Notes under the pieces: model-generated
The model's database searches: none
What the model was told of the DNA's origin: nothing
The model's input: the letters and a program-made list of their open reading frames with translations, nothing else
Program-made: the position numbers and the translations under genes
Shown: positions 58,423 through 64,000 of the stretch, one piece after another
Layout: each line of letters begins with the position of its first letter
Numbering within the stretch: position 1 is the stretch's first letter
Source: the human T2T-CHM13v2.0 reference genome, Homo sapiens
Length of the DNA stretch: 64,000 nt
Direction: 5' to 3' (one strand)
Assembly: GCF_009914755.1 (NCBI RefSeq)
Contig: NC_060929.1

Positions 58423-60689
58423 TGTTTCGTTATGGTACCAGAATTTCTCCAATTTTGGCATAGGATGCTAGTAACTATTATGCTCCCCATCCCTATCTCA
58501 AGTGTGGTCCTTAGGGCCTTGGAGTAATGGAAATGGAGGCAGAAATCTTTTGGCTGGAAGAATATTTGAGAATTGTATTGGCCATATGGTGTAATCTCAT
58601 GCCATGAAATTAGAAAAGTCTTATTTTCTTGAGTTTTCAGAGTGGCTTAAATAAAGAACCTTATATGCTCCCAAATAGGGTAACTTTCTAAGTTGTCTCC
58701 TGTCAATTTCTTTTGCCCTTACCAGGATACCTAACCAGCATCTGGCAAGGCAGGGTGCAGGGGTGGGGAGGCCGAGGGCTCCCAACAGAGAAATGGTCAT
58801 TCCATCTTTGCCCTTTGGCTAATCCTTTTTATGTCAAATTGTCCACCACTGAATCTGGTGATAAATCTCAAACAATTTAAGTTTTAGATTTGATATATCA
58901 GATAAAATAAAACAGTTTTTGTTTACCTTTTTCATCCCTAGTCTTGTGTACTGGGGGATGACAATGTACAAGGGCTGGAGACATGCTCCTCTAGCAAAGA
59001 CAGTCCGGTTCCTTTTGTCAGAGATAAAAAGGACAAAGAAGAGATACATGTAGGTGCATCACCATTCAAAGTCATCCTATCTTGAGAGGATTCATAGCAG
59101 TCAATGAAGAACCAAAGTTTTAAAAGGCCCTTCCCACTCCCCAGTTCTCTGGCAATGCTAGAACTCAATTTAATCTAATTATATTATGAGCCAATGTACA
59201 TATTGTAGGCATTTAGCATATGTATTCCTAGAATATACAGTTAATTGATTGGGTAGTAAGTACATCAGAACAAAAATATTTCCAGAATACATTGGAAGAA
59301 GAACTGGACTCCATGTCTGCCACTCACCAGCTTCATCGCCTTGGACATTGCCTAATTTTATTCTCTTATGTGGGATCTTCAGTGTTTTTAATTTCAGTCC
59401 CTGGGAGCTAAAACTATAGTGTTTTATTTCCTTATAATCAAAACATTTTTGGAGACTCAGAAAAAGAGAAGAGACATCTACATAATGGAAAATTTGTGCA
59501 TGGCCATTTCTCATGCACTCATTTTTCAGTATTTGAGAATTTGTACTTGCATTCATTGTTAGAAAAAGACAGAAATGTGATAGGCAAATGCATTCTTTCC
59601 TTTGACTGGTTGTTTTGCTCTAGCATGGATTATTTTGAGTTCTCTCTCTCTCTTTTTCTCTCAAAATGAGTATCTCCTTGAATGATCTTCTTTGGGGAAG
59701 ATGCAAAGAAATAAAGAATTTTGACTAACAAAAAGCACTGAATTTATATTTTCTTGGAATATTTTAGATACATTATATTACTTTAAATTCCTTTGAAGGA
59801 ATGATTCTGTAAACATTCCTTTATATTTTGTTTTATTTAGGTATAGCTATCTGGTACTGTTCCCATTTATGAATAAAATCAATGGGTTTGCTCTAGTTCT
59901 TTAATAACCCAGAGATCAAAATATTACAATTGGACCTTGAGCAAGGTCTTACTGATGCCAGTTTTAACAACTGATGCATGTAAGTAGTTGAGCTTTAGTC
60001 TGTACCTGTAATTCTTTTGTTCACTGATATGGTTTTTATTAGCAAATCTGGTCTATTCATTATAATACAAAGAGTAAAAAATAATAATAAAATGATATCC
60101 TATAGTGTCAGCTAAATCCAAAGGTCTGTATTACACGTAGGAAGCACCTGTTGCGCAAAGAAAATCAACAGGAATTCACAGCCATTTTCTGTAAATAAGG
60201 GATTCTCCAAGTCCCTTCTCTAGGCTCAGGTTTGTCATCTGCTGTGTTTAGTGTTCACATTTAATGTTGTTTTTAATAAAACGTATACACAGTTCACACT
60301 CCAAACAACAAATGCAAATTTCTGTACTTTAGTTCTGTCTCTTTACTTAAGTTACAGAAATCCTAAAACACAGACATTCTGAATAAATCTTTAGGTTCAA
60401 ATATAATCATTTTACAGTAGATTAGGTGGGATAACTTTATGAGACTGTTTTACACACTAGTACAATACAATTATTGAGTGAATCTGTCTGCATCATGTCC
60501 TTTCTTATTGTTTTCATTCCGTCCTATTATGCCTCATCCAAATTACTTAATAGAAATAATGTGTTCCCTAATTTCTGCATTCGATTTACTAATTTGTTCA
60601 CTTGGCCATATGTTTGCATGCCTCGACATTAACTGGATATCAATTCCCTTGTCACTTTTTTCTTTATTCTGCCATATTGTGAGCTGACA

Positions 60690-61000
60690 CCAAAATACAC
60701 ACTCCAAAATGTATGTTAGGCTGGGACATTAAAATGATTGACAGTGAACTTGCAGGGCAAAGAGGAGGCTAATCCATATATGACACACAGAAGCTGTTTT
60801 CCTGGCGACAACTTCATCATTGTTCCTAAACGTGAGAGATGAGCCAATGTACCCAAAAAATCATTCAGGTAAACAGCAAAGAATTTTGTTTGGCAGAGCA
60901 TGAATACCACCGTATTTCTCCTTTTCACACACGGTGGTAAATGGAAATGGATTCTTCCCATTGAGATTAATAACTGTTTTAATTCAATAGAAGATGTGCA
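60690..61000. promoter_or_regulatory. Candidate developmental enhancer
   Basis: No repeat recognised. TGATTGACAG (60735-44), TAATCC (60770), CATTGTT (60818), AGCCAAT (60842) and GTAAACA (60869) fall within ~140 bp. Confidence 0.4.
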
Positions 61001-62018
61001 AATTTTCAGCTGTTTCCTATTGACTCATATTCAGTCCTTCTCTATGTAATAACATCTTAGAGTAATTGAGATATAAGGCAGGCTTTTTGGGGAAAAAGGT
61101 TCATGTACATATGAAATGTAGGCTAGATACAGTCACCTTTGTGGGGTAATAAATTGTCTTGAGAATAAGTTGAAATCTGACGATAACCTGTATCAAATGT
61201 TTCGGTCCACTATCTCATAGTATTTGATATTTCACATTACAAGAACAAAAGAGAAAAATAGGAGACTAAGTTGGATCAAAAAATTATATGAGGCCTATGA
61301 AAAGACTGTTTCCAGATGGAATTCACTGAAATTCTGTTTCTTTGCATTTTCATTATAATTAATTCTTTAATATTGCCAGTTGAATCTCACGAATTGACAG
61401 TGTTCCAATCCATACAATCTGGCATCATGCTGCTCTTCTGAAATTCCAGGGAGCTTTCCTAACGGAATATTGGAAAATTCACAGTATGAATGGAGCAATT
61501 AGAGTAGAGGTGTGGCATCAAGACATGTGGGCCAAATAGATAGAACATCATGACAATGGCCTCTTTCCAAGTGCATCATAATCAAATTGGCACATCATAA
61601 TAAGGGTAAAAGTGAGAGAGAAAGATAGTGTTCTTTGGAAAACAGTGTCTATGCTTTTAAATCCTCATACCTTAAAGGAGATGTGTATATAAGGGAGTTG
61701 GAACCAGCATTAGATGAGTTGACAAAAATGCAGTTTCAGGTAAGAGTGTGTTGGAGTCAAAGGGAGTGGGAAACAGAGGAATCAGGTCACTGCCCGGGAG
61801 TTGTTATTGACCAGGGACTCAAAATGTTAACTGAGGACGGATAATTACCAAAGAGGTGAGTTTAATGGTATAATCTAGTTATTTGGGAGAAAAGGAGTGA
61901 GAGCTGCAAAGGGAATCACATGTAAAGGCAATGACAGGGCCAGGGGTCCTTATTTTGTGTCTGTCTCTTGGATTGCCCTGAAGGCTTAGGCGATTCATGC
62001 TTTTAAAACGTTTAATAA

Positions 62019-62318
62019 GGTTTGGAGAGGTGTTCACACCTGTAATAGCAGCACTTTGGGAGGCTGAGGAAGGCGGATCACTTGAGCCTAGGAATTGGAA
62101 ACCAGCCTGGGCAACATAGTGAAACCCCATCTCTACAAAAAAATACAAAAAATTAACTGGGCATGGTGGCATGCACCTGTAGTCCCAGTTACTTGGGAGG
62201 CTGAGATGGGAGGATTACCTGAGCTTGGGAGGCTGACATTGCTGTGAGCCATGATCACACCACTGTATTTCATCCTGGGCAACAGAGCGAGATCCTGTCT
62301 CAAAAAAAAAAAAAAAAA
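62019..62318 (+). mobile_element. AluJ (Jb-like)
   Basis: 'ggatcacttgagcctagg...cctgggcaacatagtgaaacc'. A17 tail. Degenerate TSD aaaacgtttaata / aaaatgttaaata. Confidence 0.93.
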
Positions 62319-63411
62319 TGTTAAATACATGGGAAATGTCAGACTCCTCTAACTTTATGTAAAATTTCTGTAATCTTTTATTTTACCTTATGATATTTTG
62401 ATGACAAAAGCAATACATATGCATAGAAAATTTATAAAATATAAGGGGGTATTTTCCCTCTTCACATCCAAAGATAACCATGGTTAACTGTCTGATCCTT
62501 AGTCCTAGAAGACGAGGAATGAGTTCAAAGATGATGAGAATAAAACTTGTAGACAACTGTCAGTTTTGTTCACAAGCTTGATGAGGCATAAATAGGGTTG
62601 TAAAAATCAGTATATGCAAAGAGTACATTAGAGCAAGCTGAGGTCTCCACTGTGCTCCTCTCAAGGGTGTGGCCACAAGAGGGATGACCTGCAGCCTTCC
62701 TTAGACCTAAACAATGGACCTCAATTTTTCAATGTTATGACTGCTCCCTTCCCCAGTCAACCACCAAAAAGAGCCACATCGATTTTCAGAAAGATCATTT
62801 TGTTTTTTTGTTCTCCATCAAACGTTTTTCTTCTGTCTCTCATGCATTCATCCACATTGAGAAATCGAGTTTATAGTATATATATAGTATTGAACCCTGC
62901 CCTTTTCATTCAGTAACACTTTGAGTGTTTCCCATAGCTATAAGTAGTCTTTAAAAACATGGCTTTAAATTATTGCTTCATTTTTAGAGCAGGAAAGGTG
63001 GATCTAACCAGATTTTAATTTATTTGTGAAAAATCGGAAAGAGTTAATTCAGCCAACTCTTAGAATTAAAAACTCACTTGCAAGAGCTAAATTTACTGAA
63101 GTTTCACTTGTATTATCAGGAAAATAATCACTGTCATCTCCTAGAAGAGATATCAGTTAAAATTAACTATGCGAATTTATCTCTACAAGAAGGAACAATT
63201 ATTCAGAGGTCTTACCCATATGTGTTAGAATTTTTCATGAAAAAAGTACTCATTAAATCTTCCTTTGCTTTTTATTTTTTGCTTTTTAAAAAATTAAATC
63301 TTTATTTGCTTTCTTTTTAAACAAAACTTTACCTTCTCTCTTTTCTCTTGAGCCCTCAACAGCATGTGTATTGTGTACTGAGTAAGTCATGTTAATGGAT
63401 TCCATAGATAA

Positions 63412-63820
63412 TTTCCAAAACTTGAAAAGGCCTTTGACTTCAGAGAAATTGAAGCAATTTTGAAAGAAGCCAAAGAGGTGTATATTAGAATCCTCCACAT
63501 ACACATGAATAGTGGAGTGACATTTGAATTTGACAGAGAAAGTGAAAAGATAAAGTTGAAATGTGGCAGTGGAGAAGGGGATATGCCTTAGCAATGCTTT
63601 CTCTGTTTGCTGAGAGAAGATATTCTAAAACTTTGAATGAGAAGTAAAGGGCATTAGCATCAGGTGAGAGTACAGGAGTCAACCTGGATTTGCAAAAAAC
63701 AAAGTCATCCCTGCTAAACTCCAGGAAGACCTTGAAGCTGAGATCCAAGATCATACGTTTAAAAATAAGAAACTTTTGTTACAGAAGAGTGTGTAGGTGA
63801 CCAAAGTTGAATTTGCACAA
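63412..63820 (+). mobile_element. Fossil RTE-clade (L4/RTE-X-like) LINE reverse-transcriptase fragment
   Basis: Manual translation. Frame +1: FPKLEKAFDFREIEAILKEAKEVYIRILHIHMNSGVTFEFDRESEKIKLKCGSGEGDMP*. Then frame +2: FSVC*EKIF*NFE*EVKGISIR*EYRSQPGFAKNKVIPAKLQEDLEAEIQD...VTKVEF. This is colinear with non-LTR RT motifs (EKAFD, KGVRQGD, LRFADD, KTK). Confidence 0.75.
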
Positions 63821-64000
63821 TAAAGGAAAGATCACAGGAAGGAGACTCCGAAGAAGTTAGGCAACCGGAGCTGGTTGTGGGTGTCTAATTCAAGAGGCTG
63901 GGCTGGTCTCCATGTCTACAAAATGATTTCTGAGAGGGGAGAAATTTCCAATTCAGCTTTAAAAAAATATTCTGAGGGCACCTGCCTTGACATTTCATCT

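Overview
AT-rich, CpG-poor primate genomic DNA. It is almost certainly human, because it carries a consensus-like AluYa5. The window reads as intronic sequence of a large gene probably transcribed on the + strand, which I cannot name with confidence. I find no credible protein-coding gene: the ORF-track entries derive from Alu, L1 or microsatellite sequence, or look like chance. Contents: one well-formed 115-nt non-coding exon candidate (21887-22001); 18 dimeric Alus and one FLAM; an internally deleted old L1 (2504-6857) and several L1 3' fragments; L2 and MIR relics; hAT and Tigger DNA-transposon relics (MER33, MER58B, MER112, MER5, MER82); MaLR LTRs; microsatellites; and an ~85-bp x3 minisatellite with an internal hairpin. 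Best second-look items: a fossil RTE-clade (L4-like) reverse-transcriptase fragment at 63412-63820 that the ORF track misses, the intact AluYa5, two template-switch-like inverted repeats (8647-8746, 29883-29949), several close inverted-Alu pairs, and repeat-free, motif-dense enhancer candidates. I see no evidence of a new multi-gene system. Repeat family calls are by eye against recalled consensus sequences and need RepeatMasker/Dfam confirmation.
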